From NCBI GenBank assembly GCA_018824115.1, contig JAHJGY010000018.1:1-40613 (forward strand): DNA of 40,613 bases, given 5' to 3'. A program made the translations under genes and the position numbers. This DNA is from Patescibacteria group bacterium (GTDB lineage Bacteria; Patescibacteriota; 4484-211). Within the stretch, counting starts at the first letter, position 1. Each line of letters starts with the position of its first letter. The notes under the pieces were generated by a model. That model had not been told where the DNA came from. It was given only the letters and a program-made list of their open reading frames with translations, and did no database searches. This document shows positions 1 through 9,483 of this stretch, one piece after another.

Positions 1-37
1 CCTTGCTTACCTCAAATCCTTTTGCTATCATTCTTTT

Positions 38-280
38 ATGGATATAAAAGACGATTTTAAGGGCAAGCTGATTGTACTGGAACAGTGGTTGCACGAAAAA
101 ATTAATAGACTGGGCGACGAACCATTTTGTAGCAGGGAATTAGAGGCTGTAAGAAGCGAGGCGGGGGTGAAGTTAAATGATATGGAGCTTGTTTATCAAG
201 AGTTTGGAATAAGAGTGCGTCAGTTAGTAGATTCTACTAAAGTTGAGATCGACGAAGAGAGGGGTGGTAAAAATGAGTAA
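38..280 (+). CDS. hypothetical protein (80 aa)
   Basis: ORF preceded by TTGCTT-17-TATCAT (3-31) with ATG 6 nt after the -10; no recognised motif. Confidence 0.6.
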   Translation: MDIKDDFKGKLIVLEQWLHEKINRLGDEPFCSRELEAVRSEAGVKLNDMELVYQEFGIRVRQLVDSTKVEIDEERGGKNE

Positions 281-476
281 CCATACAATACATGGTGAGC
301 AAATGAGGGATGGAGAGCAATTAGCAAGTGGGGTAATTGCTATGATGACCGAGATGGTCAGAACTGGTTGCACAGTAACCGAAATTGATGCGGCCGTTAA
401 AGGGGCAAGGGAGGCATATTTTGCCCAAGCTCGTGAGGTTGTAGGTCAGGCCACCACAGACATTCTAGCTTATTAA
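273..476 (+). CDS. hypothetical protein (67 aa)
   Basis: ATG at 273 overlaps the end of the upstream ORF; purine-rich GAGGGGTGG upstream; no recognised motif. Confidence 0.5.
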   Translation: MSNHTIHGEQMRDGEQLASGVIAMMTEMVRTGCTVTEIDAAVKGAREAYFAQAREVVGQATTDILAY

Positions 477-631
477 TACGGACCGACTTTGTTCCAAACG
501 ATTCACTTTCTTTTCTTTTCTAACATTACCCACGGTGTCGTATCTGTGGTTTAATCCGCGGTTATAGAGTTACGGCTCCCTTGCCGAGTCTAGCTGTTAT
601 TTGCTATCATGCTTGTAGAATAAGAAATCAT

Positions 632-2989
632 ATGACAACTGAGAGATTCTCTAAACGATACAACCGAAAAGAGATTGAAGAAAAATGGAGAAGGAAATGG
701 TCCGAGGATAATATTTATAAATTTAGGTATGACCCTGAAAAACCAATGTATGTTGTGGACACCCCGCCGCCTTATGTTAATGCCGAACATTTGCACGTTG
801 GGCATATTATGTCTTATTCCCAAGCCGAGTTTGTGGTTAGGTTTAAAAGAATGAGGGGTTACAACGTTTTTTACCCGATGGGATTTGATGATAATGGCTA
901 CCCTACAGAAAAGTTTGTGGAGAATAAGTATAAGGTTGATAAACGGACAATTTCCAAGCAAGAGTTCATTGATCTATGTTTAAAGGAAACAGAAATTGGG
1001 GCTCAGAATTATAAGGATCTTTGGACACAGCTCGGAATTTCGGTGGACTGGGATTTAACCTACAGCACGATATCCCCCTTGGCAGTAAAAGTTTCTCAGC
1101 GGTCCTTACTAGACTTAAATAACAAGGGGTTGCTCTATAGGAAGGAAAGCCCAATCCTATGGTGTACACAGTGCGACACAGCCGTCGCTCAAGCAGATTT
1201 AGAAGATAAAGAGTTTACCGTTAAGCTTAACTACATAACCCTTAAATCTGTCAGTGGCAAAGATTTAACAATTGCGACTACCCGCCCGGAATTGTTGCCT
1301 GCTTGTGTAGCTTTATATGTGAACCCTAATGACAAAAGATACAAAAAGCTAGTAGGGCTAAAGGCAATAATTCCGTTATTTCAACATGAAGTGCCAATCA
1401 AAACAAGTGACGAAGTTGATCCGGAATTTGGTACCGGATTAATGATGGTTTGTACTTGGGGCGACCAAGGTGATGTTAAAAAATGGCTAACAGATGGATT
1501 GGACTCGAGAATAGTGTTAGGCCGTAATGGCAAGTTAAACGAACTGGCTGGTGTGTACCAAAACCTGCGTGTAGAAAAAGCTAGGCCGCTGATAATAAAA
1601 GATCTGGACCGTAAGGGATTTTTAAGAAAACAAGAAGAACTAACCCATACGGTAAATGTCCACGAAAGGTGCAACACTCCGATCGAATTTGTTAATAGTA
1701 AACAATGGTTCATAAAGATTGTAGATAATAAAAATATATGGCTGGAATTTGGTAGCAAGATAGATTGGCATCCCAAATCCCGATTCAACGACTATAGGGT
1801 GTGGGTCGACTCACTTAAATGGGATTGGTGCATAAGCAGGCAAAGGTACTACGGAGTGCCGTTCCCCATTTGGTACTGTAATGATTGTGATGAACCGCAT
1901 TTCGTGCCGGAGGAGCAGCTGCCTCATAATCCGGCTACGGATAATTGTCTTTTTGAGAAGTGCCGTAAATGTGGTTCCAGTAAGTTTATACCCGAAGTAG
2001 ATGTGGTGGAAACCTGGGCGACTTCTTCTTGCACACCCTTCTTGATAAAAGAATTAGTTAAGAATCAAGAGATAAAGGAAAAGGTATTCCCAAACAGCTT
2101 GCGGCCCAACGCCTTTGAAATCATTAGAACCTGGGATTTTTACTCGATAGTTAAATCCTACTACCACTTTAATACAATTCCCTTTAAAGATTTGATGATC
2201 TCCGGGCACGGGTTAGATGAGGAAGGAAGGAAAATTAGTAAAAGATTGGGAAACTATATTCCCTCTGCGGAATTACTAGAAATGTATGGGGCTGACGGAA
2301 TCAGGTATTGGGCTACAGGGGCGGAATTAGGGAGTAATCTTAGATTCAGTAAAGACGAAATAGAAAAGGGAAAGAGACTCGCAACCAAACTTTGGAATGC
2401 CGCAAGACTAATTTGCTCGCACGTTGACGAATTTAAGGAGATCAATCTAGCGGATCTAAATTTGGAATCGGTTGATATCTGGATTGTTCAACAACTTAAC
2501 AAAACAATAAGTAAAGTGACCAAAGGGTTTGAAGAATATACTTATTCAATTTCCAGAAATGATTTAGAAGAATTCTTCTGGCGTATATTTGCTGACTATT
2601 ATGTAGAATTTATTAAATACCGCCTCTATGGTAGTGATATAAAGTCCAAAGAGACAGCTACAGCTACCGCTTATGTGGTTTTTCTTGCAATACTTAAGAT
2701 GTATGCGCCTATTCTCCCTTTTGTAACCGAGGAAATTTACAGTCGGATTAGTTTTGGCAGTGAAGAAAGCATTCACCTGTCTAACTGGCCAGAGCCAATA
2801 AACCTAAAAAAGTCCGTAAACGATTTTGATCAGGTGATCCAAGCAGTAGACGAAATACGAAAGCATAAAACAAGCCAAGGTGTTTCTTTAGGAGAGTGGA
2901 TTGAGAGTTACAAATTTGATACCAATGTTGATTTAAAGAAATACAAAGAATTCCTGCAAAACGTCGGCAGGGTTAAAGTATTGGAATAA
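632..2989 (+). CDS. valS: valine--tRNA ligase, archaeal-type/short form
   Basis: DTPPPY...HLHVGH (HIGH-like), ATTRPELL editing region, WDWCISRQR, KISKR (KMSKS-like); lacks the bacterial C-terminal coiled coil; ATG 632 preferred to TTG 581. Confidence 0.93.
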   Translation: MTTERFSKRYNRKEIEEKWRRKWSEDNIYKFRYDPEKPMYVVDTPPPYVNAEHLHVGHIMSYSQAEFVVRFKRMRGYNVFYPMGFDDNGYPTEKFVENKYKVDKRTISKQEFIDLCLKETEIGAQNYKDLWTQLGISVDWDLTYSTISPLAVKVSQRSLLDLNNKGLLYRKESPILWCTQCDTAVAQADLEDKEFTVKLNYITLKSVSGKDLTIATTRPELLPACVALYVNPNDKRYKKLVGLKAIIPLFQHEVPIKTSDEVDPEFGTGLMMVCTWGDQGDVKKWLTDGLDSRIVLGRNGKLNELAGVYQNLRVEKARPLIIKDLDRKGFLRKQEELTHTVNVHERCNTPIEFVNSKQWFIKIVDNKNIWLEFGSKIDWHPKSRFNDYRVWVDSLKWDWCISRQRYYGVPFPIWYCNDCDEPHFVPEEQLPHNPATDNCLFEKCRKCGSSKFIPEVDVVETWATSSCTPFLIKELVKNQEIKEKVFPNSLRPNAFEIIRTWDFYSIVKSYYHFNTIPFKDLMISGHGLDEEGRKISKRLGNYIPSAELLEMYGADGIRYWATGAELGSNLRFSKDEIEKGKRLATKLWNAARLICSHVDEFKEINLADLNLESVDIWIVQQLNKTISKVTKGFEEYTYSISRNDLEEFFWRIFADYYVEFIKYRLYGSDIKSKETATATAYVVFLAILKMYAPILPFVTEEIYSRISFGSEESIHLSNWPEPINLKKSVNDFDQVIQAVDEIRKHKTSQGVSLGEWIESYKFDTNVDLKKYKEFLQNVGRVKVLE

Positions 2990-3003
2990 ATTACCATCTA
3001 CTT

Positions 3004-4473
3004 ATGGCCAAAGATTTAGAGTATCGCTTGCTTGTTATCCCCATAGATTTTAGATTGTGGCTTAGAACAAAGGGATTAAAGATCCTGGTTGGTATTATTG
3101 TTAGCGTCGTTGTTGTTGCGGGAATAGTTGGTGTTAATCATTTGTTAGTTATTATTTCGCAGCGGAAGGCGGATGAGTTTATCGATACTGGCGGTCAAGC
3201 GCTGGCTAATTTACGGTACGGTGAGGCGCTAACTTGTTATTTGCAGGCGCTGGATTATGATCCTAGCCGGTATGAAGTATATATGAGCATTGCCCATATC
3301 TACCGGGTTAAAAACGAGTTTGAGCAAGCGGAGCAGATTTTGCTGCAAGGCCTCAAGGGAGTGGATGAGATTGAGGATGTTAATTTTAATCTCGGCGATT
3401 TGGCGTTGGAGGTTAGGGATTATCAGGCAGCTGTGGAGTATTTCCTAGGAGCCAATCAGGACCAGTTAGATGTGAAGCGGAAGTTGGTTGAGACATATTT
3501 GCAGCTGGGGGAAATTAACAAAGCTAAGGAAAAGATTGAAGAAATGCTGGACCTAGATGATCAAGATGCGTGGGTGCACTATTACCAGGCGCTCATCGAG
3601 TCTTTAGACAAGCTGGAGAAAGGTTTATCAGAAGTGTCGTTGGCAAAGGACCTTTCTTTGGGAAAGTCGAGTATTCCTATTAATGACAGAAGTACTCGCT
3701 TAAAGACGAATTTGGAAAACGCTCAGCAAGCCGAAACTGCACCGTATCAATCAACACTGTTGGGGTTTGCCCTTCTGCAAGAGGGATATCCGCGCTTAGC
3801 TTTAATTACTTTAGAAGAAGTGGTGAAAGAGAAGCCCGAATATCGTGATGCACAGGCCTTGTTAGGAGCAGTTTACCTTGAACTCAAGGAGTATCCTTCT
3901 GCGGAAACGTCTTTAAAAAAGTCGGTGGAAATTGATCCCAATTATGCCTACGGCTATTACTTGTTAGGCCAGTGTTATTCTCAGACAAGCAAGGGCGAGT
4001 TGGCGAAAGAATTTTTCCAAACTGCGATTACCCATGATTCTTCTCAGCTTTCGTACTTTGATGCCTATCTTTCTTTTCTAAATGAGCAGGATGACTATTC
4101 AACCGTTGAAACGGTGTTAAATCAAATTGTTGGCAGTGATAACTATGGTGATTCTCAGAAGGAAAAATACGAGACTCAGTTGGCATACCTTTATTTAGAT
4201 CAATTAGGTAAACTTCAAGAAGGGATGCAGTTGGCCCAGAAGTATAAGGGTACCGAGGTGTATGCTTGGGCATTATACAAGAATGAACAGCCAGAGGCGG
4301 CGTTGGCGGTTATTGAGGGATTACTTAAAGAGAGGTCCGTGACCTGGTTATATTATCGTCAGGGTAAAATTCAAACAGAGCTTGGGCAGATTGCCGAGGC
4401 GCGCGAATCGTTTGATCGTGCGCTGGATCTGGATACTGAAGGAGAAGTAACTAACTTAATTAATCAGAAGTAG
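3004..4473 (+). CDS. membrane-anchored tetratricopeptide-repeat protein
   Basis: N-terminal TM helix followed by repeated TPR-like units (A..YLQALDYDP, AETSLKKSVEIDPNY, ARESFDRALDLD). Confidence 0.85.
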   Translation: MAKDLEYRLLVIPIDFRLWLRTKGLKILVGIIVSVVVVAGIVGVNHLLVIISQRKADEFIDTGGQALANLRYGEALTCYLQALDYDPSRYEVYMSIAHIYRVKNEFEQAEQILLQGLKGVDEIEDVNFNLGDLALEVRDYQAAVEYFLGANQDQLDVKRKLVETYLQLGEINKAKEKIEEMLDLDDQDAWVHYYQALIESLDKLEKGLSEVSLAKDLSLGKSSIPINDRSTRLKTNLENAQQAETAPYQSTLLGFALLQEGYPRLALITLEEVVKEKPEYRDAQALLGAVYLELKEYPSAETSLKKSVEIDPNYAYGYYLLGQCYSQTSKGELAKEFFQTAITHDSSQLSYFDAYLSFLNEQDDYSTVETVLNQIVGSDNYGDSQKEKYETQLAYLYLDQLGKLQEGMQLAQKYKGTEVYAWALYKNEQPEAALAVIEGLLKERSVTWLYYRQGKIQTELGQIAEARESFDRALDLDTEGEVTNLINQK

Positions 4474-4531
4474 TTAGTAATGAGGCCGGGACGACCTGAC
4501 ACGAGTGTTTATGTCCTGCTCGCAGTTAATA

Positions 4532-5314
4532 ATGTTCCAGTTCGCTAGTAAACCAACGATAGGACTATCAATAATCATTGTTTCCTGGAACGTGAAAGAT
4601 TATCTAAGGAATTGTCTGCAATCAGTAATCGATTCCTGTCAGGAGATCAACTACGAGATTATTGTGATTGATAATGCTTCTAAAGATGAAAGCGTGAAAA
4701 TGGTGAGAAAGAGTTTTCCGCAAGTGGAACTGATCGTCAACCAGGATAATTTGGGTTTTAACAAAGGGAACAATCAGGGAATCCGTATGGCTAAAGGTCA
4801 ATACTTGATGCTGATTAATCCGGATACCGTGGTGAACAAGGAAGCCATGCAAGGCCTACTAGATTATTTGAAAACAAACCAACGGGTCGGGATTGTTGGG
4901 CCGGAGCAGTTAAGTGAAAGAAATCGAACCGTCAGTACAGCTAGCCGGTTGTCGATACGAGGGAACTTAGAGTTTACAGCAGAGCATTTGGTTAGTTGGC
5001 TGACAGGTAACTACCAAATTATTTTTAATAAACCATACAAGGTGGGTATCTTGAATGGTGGTTGTTGGTTGGTGAGGAGAGAAGTTTTTGAACAGGTGGG
5101 TTTATTTAACGAGGACTTGTTTTTGTTTGGTGAAGAACCTAAGTTTTGTTATCGTACGATAAGGCGGAGGTGGGAAATACACTTTGCAAGGCAATTTTAT
5201 ATCCATCATTTTCGGCGTAAGAGTATTGAGCAAATGGAAAAGAGCGAAGCGAATCAATTTATCCGTGATTACTATAATCTTATAAAAAACAAACTCTTGG
5301 GCCGCAAGGTATAG
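4532..5314 (+). CDS. glycosyltransferase family 2 (WbbL/rhamnosyltransferase-like)
   Basis: LSIIIVSWN, IIVIDNASKD, NLGFNKGNNQG, LINPDT, GLFNEDLFLFGEE; start codon uncertain (4505/4511/4532). Confidence 0.88.
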   Translation: MFQFASKPTIGLSIIIVSWNVKDYLRNCLQSVIDSCQEINYEIIVIDNASKDESVKMVRKSFPQVELIVNQDNLGFNKGNNQGIRMAKGQYLMLINPDTVVNKEAMQGLLDYLKTNQRVGIVGPEQLSERNRTVSTASRLSIRGNLEFTAEHLVSWLTGNYQIIFNKPYKVGILNGGCWLVRREVFEQVGLFNEDLFLFGEEPKFCYRTIRRRWEIHFARQFYIHHFRRKSIEQMEKSEANQFIRDYYNLIKNKLLGRKV

Positions 5315-5357
5315 TTATTTTTTGACGAAAGGGCGAAGATTTGTAATAATAGACGAC

Positions 5358-6308
5358 ATGCAGGAACAAGTTGGTTTTCTGGCAGATTTGAAAGGAACGT
5401 TTTCTTCGCCCGCGTATTATGCCCGGGTGCTTGGACAGCCTTTAAAATCCTCTTTAAAATTTTTCTTCCTTTTTTTTCTCCTATATTCCGTAATAATTAC
5501 TACTTATGTTACGGTCAAAGATTATTTACCGCAGCGCGAATTGCTTAATTATTTACCGGAGGAGTTGGTTAATCTTTATCCCGAGGAGTTAGTTGTTACG
5601 GTTAAAGACGGAGAGGTTTCGATCAATGTGGATGAACCTTACCGGATTCCCGTTTCCGCTATCAATGAGATGCTGGAAAATATTGACCAGCGGGTTCTTG
5701 GGCAAAGCACGGGTACGATAGAGAATATATTAGTGATTGATACCAAAGGGAAAATAGAGGATTACTTTACCTACCAGACTTTTTTCTTGCTGACAAAAAA
5801 CCATCTTTCATATTTGAACGAAAGCGGAAACGTAGAGGCAATTTCTTTAGCCGAAATTACAAATTGGACAATTGATCGAACTGTAGTTAGAGATGTTATT
5901 AATACGATTGCGCCTTACCTTAGATACCTGATACCTTTAATGATTATTGTTACGTTCCTATTTCTGGTTGTCGTATTTCCCGCCGCGACACTTTTCTACT
6001 TACTTATTCTTGCGGCGATTTTATGGGTGGTGTCTAAGCTTGTCTCTTACCCGCTTTCTTATAAGAAAAGTTATCAAATGGGTATGCATTTAATACTTGT
6101 TGGTGTTGCCCTTCTTATGATTATTAATGTGAGTGGTATTAATTTGGATATTCCCTATCTATGGACAATAGTTCTTGTTCTTCTTGGCGGAGTAATTTTA
6201 GTAAAGATAAAGTCACTGCCGGAATCTACGCCAGTAGCCGAAGCTTCAATAGTTGACGAGTCAGCAGACTCTTCAGAAGTTATTAAAGAAGATACCCCCC
6301 ACTCCTGA
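5358..6308 (+). CDS. DUF1189-like membrane protein
   Basis: One N-terminal TM helix, an extracellular domain (P..VTVKDGEVSIN..EPY, VIDTKG) and C-terminal TM helices with LSYKKSYQMGMH. Confidence 0.65.
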   Translation: MQEQVGFLADLKGTFSSPAYYARVLGQPLKSSLKFFFLFFLLYSVIITTYVTVKDYLPQRELLNYLPEELVNLYPEELVVTVKDGEVSINVDEPYRIPVSAINEMLENIDQRVLGQSTGTIENILVIDTKGKIEDYFTYQTFFLLTKNHLSYLNESGNVEAISLAEITNWTIDRTVVRDVINTIAPYLRYLIPLMIIVTFLFLVVVFPAATLFYLLILAAILWVVSKLVSYPLSYKKSYQMGMHLILVGVALLMIINVSGINLDIPYLWTIVLVLLGGVILVKIKSLPESTPVAEASIVDESADSSEVIKEDTPHS

Positions 6309-6336
6309 CTAAATCGCGCCAGTTTTACCTACCCGT

Positions 6337-6361
6337 TTCTCAATGGCTTAGCCATTGAGAA
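6337..6361. repeat. near-perfect palindrome TTCTCAATGGC-TTA-GCCATTGAGAA
   Basis: 11-bp inverted repeat between convergent genes. Confidence 0.75.
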
Positions 6362-6377
6362 GGCTGTAATACAAGGG

Positions 6378-6424
6378 AAAAATGAAAGCCCCGGGACGAG
6401 GGGCAGGGTGTGTGTCCCGGGGCT
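6378..6424 (-). terminator. large-loop stem / terminator after the SIR2-like gene
   Basis: AGCCCCGGGAC (6387-6397) / GTCCCGGGGCT (6414-6424), 16-nt loop, followed by TTCATTTTT on the minus strand. Confidence 0.7.
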
Positions 6425-6437
6425 GGTCTGTCAACGT

Positions 6438-7187
6438 TCAGGTTGACATTTTGATGATAGTGTCGCTGAGCGAACTGGCTAATAGGAAGATCTCCCAGCC
6501 GGCTGCTCGCGCGAAAATCAACTGCTCGTTGTCAAAGGCATCTTCGTGGGCAAGGGCGATGGTTTTGCCCCTTGCCGGTTGGGTCATGAATGGATCAAAG
6601 AGATAGTCGTGAAGAAGGCCAATCTCTTCGAACGATAAACCCAGGCCGATGAGTGGTCGGGATCTTATTTGGTCGGCAGTGTATTGCCAAACACCTGGTT
6701 GTCCGTGGCGACCGATGGCTTTATCGAAGTGGTCATGCGTCAGGATAAGGCTGTCCGGGCGTTCGCGTAGGCCTCGCAGGTAGACAATAGTCCGGTCACG
6801 GTTGTAGAGGTAGGCAAGATCATCTTCAGTTACAAGTCGATCTATGCTTAGCCCGCTGGTGCGACAGCCGCGGTCAAAAAGATCACACCAAGTGAGGTCG
6901 ATGACCAGATGTGAGGGCCATTGTGCCAGGTGTTGGAATACGACTGGTGTTTGACCTACCACGCTGGTGGCGTCGCGTACAAGGCGGATTAGACCGTTGA
7001 GTCCGAATCGTTTTTTGTACATTTCGGCCATGGTCTCAAATGGTTGTACTGGGCGTCCTTCAAGGCGCCTCGCCATTTCGTTTGCCAGATCAACTCTGCT
7101 TTGACCGGTAATCTCGGCAAGCAAGCCGTGACCGAGTACCAACACGGGCGGGTTAGCAGTATCTAAAAGAGCGATTGCTGATTGCAC
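6438..7187 (-). CDS. SIR2-like (SIR2_2) domain protein with degenerate motifs
   Basis: VLVLGHGL (cf. FxGAGxS), IDLTWCDL (cf. ITTNYD), VYLRG..RPDSLILT (cf. KLHG..P.SLILT), LIGLGLSF (cf. LFLGYS); GTG start with AAGGAGG 6 nt upstream. Confidence 0.7.
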   Translation of the reverse strand: MQSAIALLDTANPPVLVLGHGLLAEITGQSRVDLANEMARRLEGRPVQPFETMAEMYKKRFGLNGLIRLVRDATSVVGQTPVVFQHLAQWPSHLVIDLTWCDLFDRGCRTSGLSIDRLVTEDDLAYLYNRDRTIVYLRGLRERPDSLILTHDHFDKAIGRHGQPGVWQYTADQIRSRPLIGLGLSFEEIGLLHDYLFDPFMTQPARGKTIALAHEDAFDNEQLIFARAAGWEIFLLASSLSDTIIKMST

Positions 7188-7252
7188 AGTATACCTCCTT
7201 ATCCTTACATCTATGTGCTAATGCGAGTAATGAATACTAACAGTCAAGCCAG

Positions 7253-7281
7253 ATTATAGCATTAATGTGCCCCCTAGTCAA
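7253..7281 (-). promoter_or_regulatory. sigma70 promoter TTGACT-17-TATAAT with extended -10
   Basis: -35 at 7276-7281, -10 at 7253-7258, TGcTATAAT. Confidence 0.8.
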
Positions 7282-7314
7282 AGGCTATATGGTGTTTGGG
7301 GGGGGATAAATCTG

Positions 7315-7369
7315 GTACACATGGGTAAGAAGGGTTTGTGAGTTTGTTAGCAAACTTACCCATGTGTAC
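7315..7369 (-). terminator. 15-bp inverted repeat with 25-nt loop downstream of the 70-aa orphan
   Basis: GTACACATGGGTAAG (7315-7329) / CTTACCCATGTGTAC (7355-7369); no clear U-tract. Confidence 0.6.
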
Positions 7370-7415
7370 GCGGATTTGGTGGGGCCTAAGGTCCCGCCGT
7401 TCGAACTTTTTGGCT

Positions 7416-7628
7416 CTACTGTTTATGCGGTTGTTCAACCTGGAAACCGCAGAATGCGCTTTCGACCTCGATTTTTGCCGCGGCGTGATCGGTAGCTTGA
7501 GTAACGTACCGGTTGGATCCGTTGGAAGACCAGCAGTCGTCTGCTGTTAGCCACCAGCCGTCGCGAGTCCTCTGTATGTGGAATCCTTGATCACAGGAAA
7601 CAAGCCTTACTTCCGTTGTTTTATTCAC
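7416..7628 (-). CDS. small orphan protein (70 aa)
   Basis: GTG start with AAGGAG SD, TGtTATAAT at 7693-7701 and a 3' stem. Confidence 0.6.
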   Translation of the reverse strand: MNKTTEVRLVSCDQGFHIQRTRDGWWLTADDCWSSNGSNRYVTQATDHAAAKIEVESAFCGFQVEQPHKQ

Positions 7629-7876
7629 GTGAAATCTCCTTTTTCGATCTGGGCACTTGGTATGTGCTAAAAAGTGAACGCCACAAGGCTGGATTATAAC
7701 ATTATTGGAAGGAAATATACTAAAACTTCCGCTGATCCTAAATTTTGGGATTACGAGGAAGTCGGTGGCGGGCCCCGTGGTCTTAGTTTGGGGTTTGTTG
7801 GTGTTTATGAGACCGAACGGGCGGATGTCGTGGGGAAAACAATTAAGCCTGCAGATGTAAAAATTATAAACTAGAG

Positions 7877-8674
7877 TTACTCACTCAGTAGTTCTACCAC
7901 GGTTTCGGTTTTTCCTTTTTCTAGCGCGTGGTCCCAGGTAAAGATGGCTACGCCTGCGCTTGGTGGTTTTATTGCTTCCTGGTAAGCTTGTTCTAATTCT
8001 TCTACCGAATACTCATCTGGCAAATTATCGGGCATATCTTTAACTTGAATAATGGGGACAATGTGCTGATAACCAAGATCGTGCAGGTATTGGACGTATG
8101 CACTAATGTAAATTGGCGGTTTGTTAATCGCTCGGTGATAAAGCATCGGGCTAATCATGTCGACAGAGTCTTTAATTTTCTGGTAATCAAGACCTAGAAT
8201 CTGTGGGTAGTCGGGGAATTCTTGGGTGGTGAAAGGGGCGGCAAAGAAGCCAAGTTTAATGGTGTCGGGGACAAGCTTTTTTACTTCGGTAAAATAACTG
8301 GCGACAATTTTTTTGCGGTCGATGTTCTCACAGAATTGACAGGGAAGATGAGAATCAACGAGTTGTTTTACCTCAGTTTCCCATCGGCCATGAAAGCGCA
8401 AGTGGTCGATCCAAATTTCGTCGGGGCTAAGAGAAACCAAGTGAGTTACTTTTTCCTTTAGTTGCAGGAGTGACTGAGGGTCAGCGGCACATTCCCCTTG
8501 GTAAGCCCCAGCGCATAATCCAATTTTTAGCCCGGCTGCTTTAGCTTTTTGCAGTAGATGCGGATCGGGGTCTTCGGTGTAAGAAGTAACCATTAGCTTA
8601 TTCGCGCCCGAGTTTAAAATTGGCTCTGGATCAACGTTTCCGTGTTTGAATTCGACAAAGAGATATTTGTCCAT
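7877..8674 (-). CDS. putative glycoside-hydrolase-like TIM-barrel protein
   Basis: DEIWIDHLRFHG (cf. DGIxLDYIRF), DMISPMLYH, GVAIFTW; TTGATA-17-TACAAT upstream. Confidence 0.55.
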   Translation of the reverse strand: MDKYLFVEFKHGNVDPEPILNSGANKLMVTSYTEDPDPHLLQKAKAAGLKIGLCAGAYQGECAADPQSLLQLKEKVTHLVSLSPDEIWIDHLRFHGRWETEVKQLVDSHLPCQFCENIDRKKIVASYFTEVKKLVPDTIKLGFFAAPFTTQEFPDYPQILGLDYQKIKDSVDMISPMLYHRAINKPPIYISAYVQYLHDLGYQHIVPIIQVKDMPDNLPDEYSVEELEQAYQEAIKPPSAGVAIFTWDHALEKGKTETVVELLSE

Positions 8675-8739
8675 CCGATTAAATTGTAATCAACTAGTAT
8701 GTAAATATCAAGCGGGCGGGGGAAGGTATAAGTTGGTGA

Positions 8740-8782
8740 GTAAGAGGCACACAGTCGTCAGAGACGAAGGTGTGCCTCTTAC
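8740..8782 (-). terminator. 13-bp stem with inner mini-hairpin after the orphan gene
   Basis: GTAAGAGGCACAC / GTGTGCCTCTTAC with a 17-nt loop containing TCGTC-AGA-GACGA. Confidence 0.65.
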
Positions 8783-8793
8783 AGGCGTTGGTG

Positions 8794-9483
8794 TCAGCGG
8801 ACCGAGAACCAGATGCGCTCGGGTCGGTAACCAAGGTGCTGGTAGAAGAGGTCGCCGACAGTGTCGCAGATTTGCACCCGCGTTGCGTCAGTCATGGCCT
8901 CCAGCCAGTTGACTTGGATTTCATACCGTGTAAACCATTGTTGCAGTCCTCTTACCAAGGTTTGTGCCTGGCTTTGGATTGCGTGGTGGATGGCTTCGAT
9001 CAACATGACCGCGTGCCCATCTTCCGGGTTGGGGCACGGCAGTCCTCTGATGTTTAGGACATCGTGCGTGCCGGCGGCGAGTAGCGGCGCGGCAGGGTCA
9101 AAGTCGGGCGGGTAGGTCTGGAGGACGGTTAGTGCCAGGGTCTTTCGCACCATGCTTATGAAATTGACGGCTACGAGAGAGTGGAGACCCTCGGTGTGGC
9201 ACGAGCCTTCCACCGTGGCGGTCACGATCAATTTGCCGTGACCTTTTGAGAAGTTCCCATACTTGTCACAGGTCTTTGAACCAGCTACACTCATGAAGAC
9301 CGCGGCGATGCCAGCGGCGTTCAGTTTGTGTTTCCAGCCGGGTATTTGGGTCTCGACCCATCTTAACTTACCGACGCTGCAAACACCTGGTAATTGCAGC
9401 GTGACGGTAAACGAGAACGTGCCAGGTCCTAACTGCTGCTCAAGTCCGCCTATTAAAAGGCTTCTTACGGTTAGTTTCTTCAT
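8794..9483 (-). CDS. orphan protein (229 aa)
   Basis: ATG at 9483 with AGGAGG SD; GC-richer than neighbours by eye; no recognised family. Confidence 0.7.
   Translation of the reverse strand: MKKLTVRSLLIGGLEQQLGPGTFSFTVTLQLPGVCSVGKLRWVETQIPGWKHKLNAAGIAAVFMSVAGSKTCDKYGNFSKGHGKLIVTATVEGSCHTEGLHSLVAVNFISMVRKTLALTVLQTYPPDFDPAAPLLAAGTHDVLNIRGLPCPNPEDGHAVMLIEAIHHAIQSQAQTLVRGLQQWFTRYEIQVNWLEAMTDATRVQICDTVGDLFYQHLGYRPERIWFSVR

Noticed and set aside
477-631. T-box riboswitch upstream of valS
   Set aside because: No GGTGGNACCGCG T-box motif or specifier stem; only a weak hairpin, and a -10-like TAGAAT lies close to the ATG.
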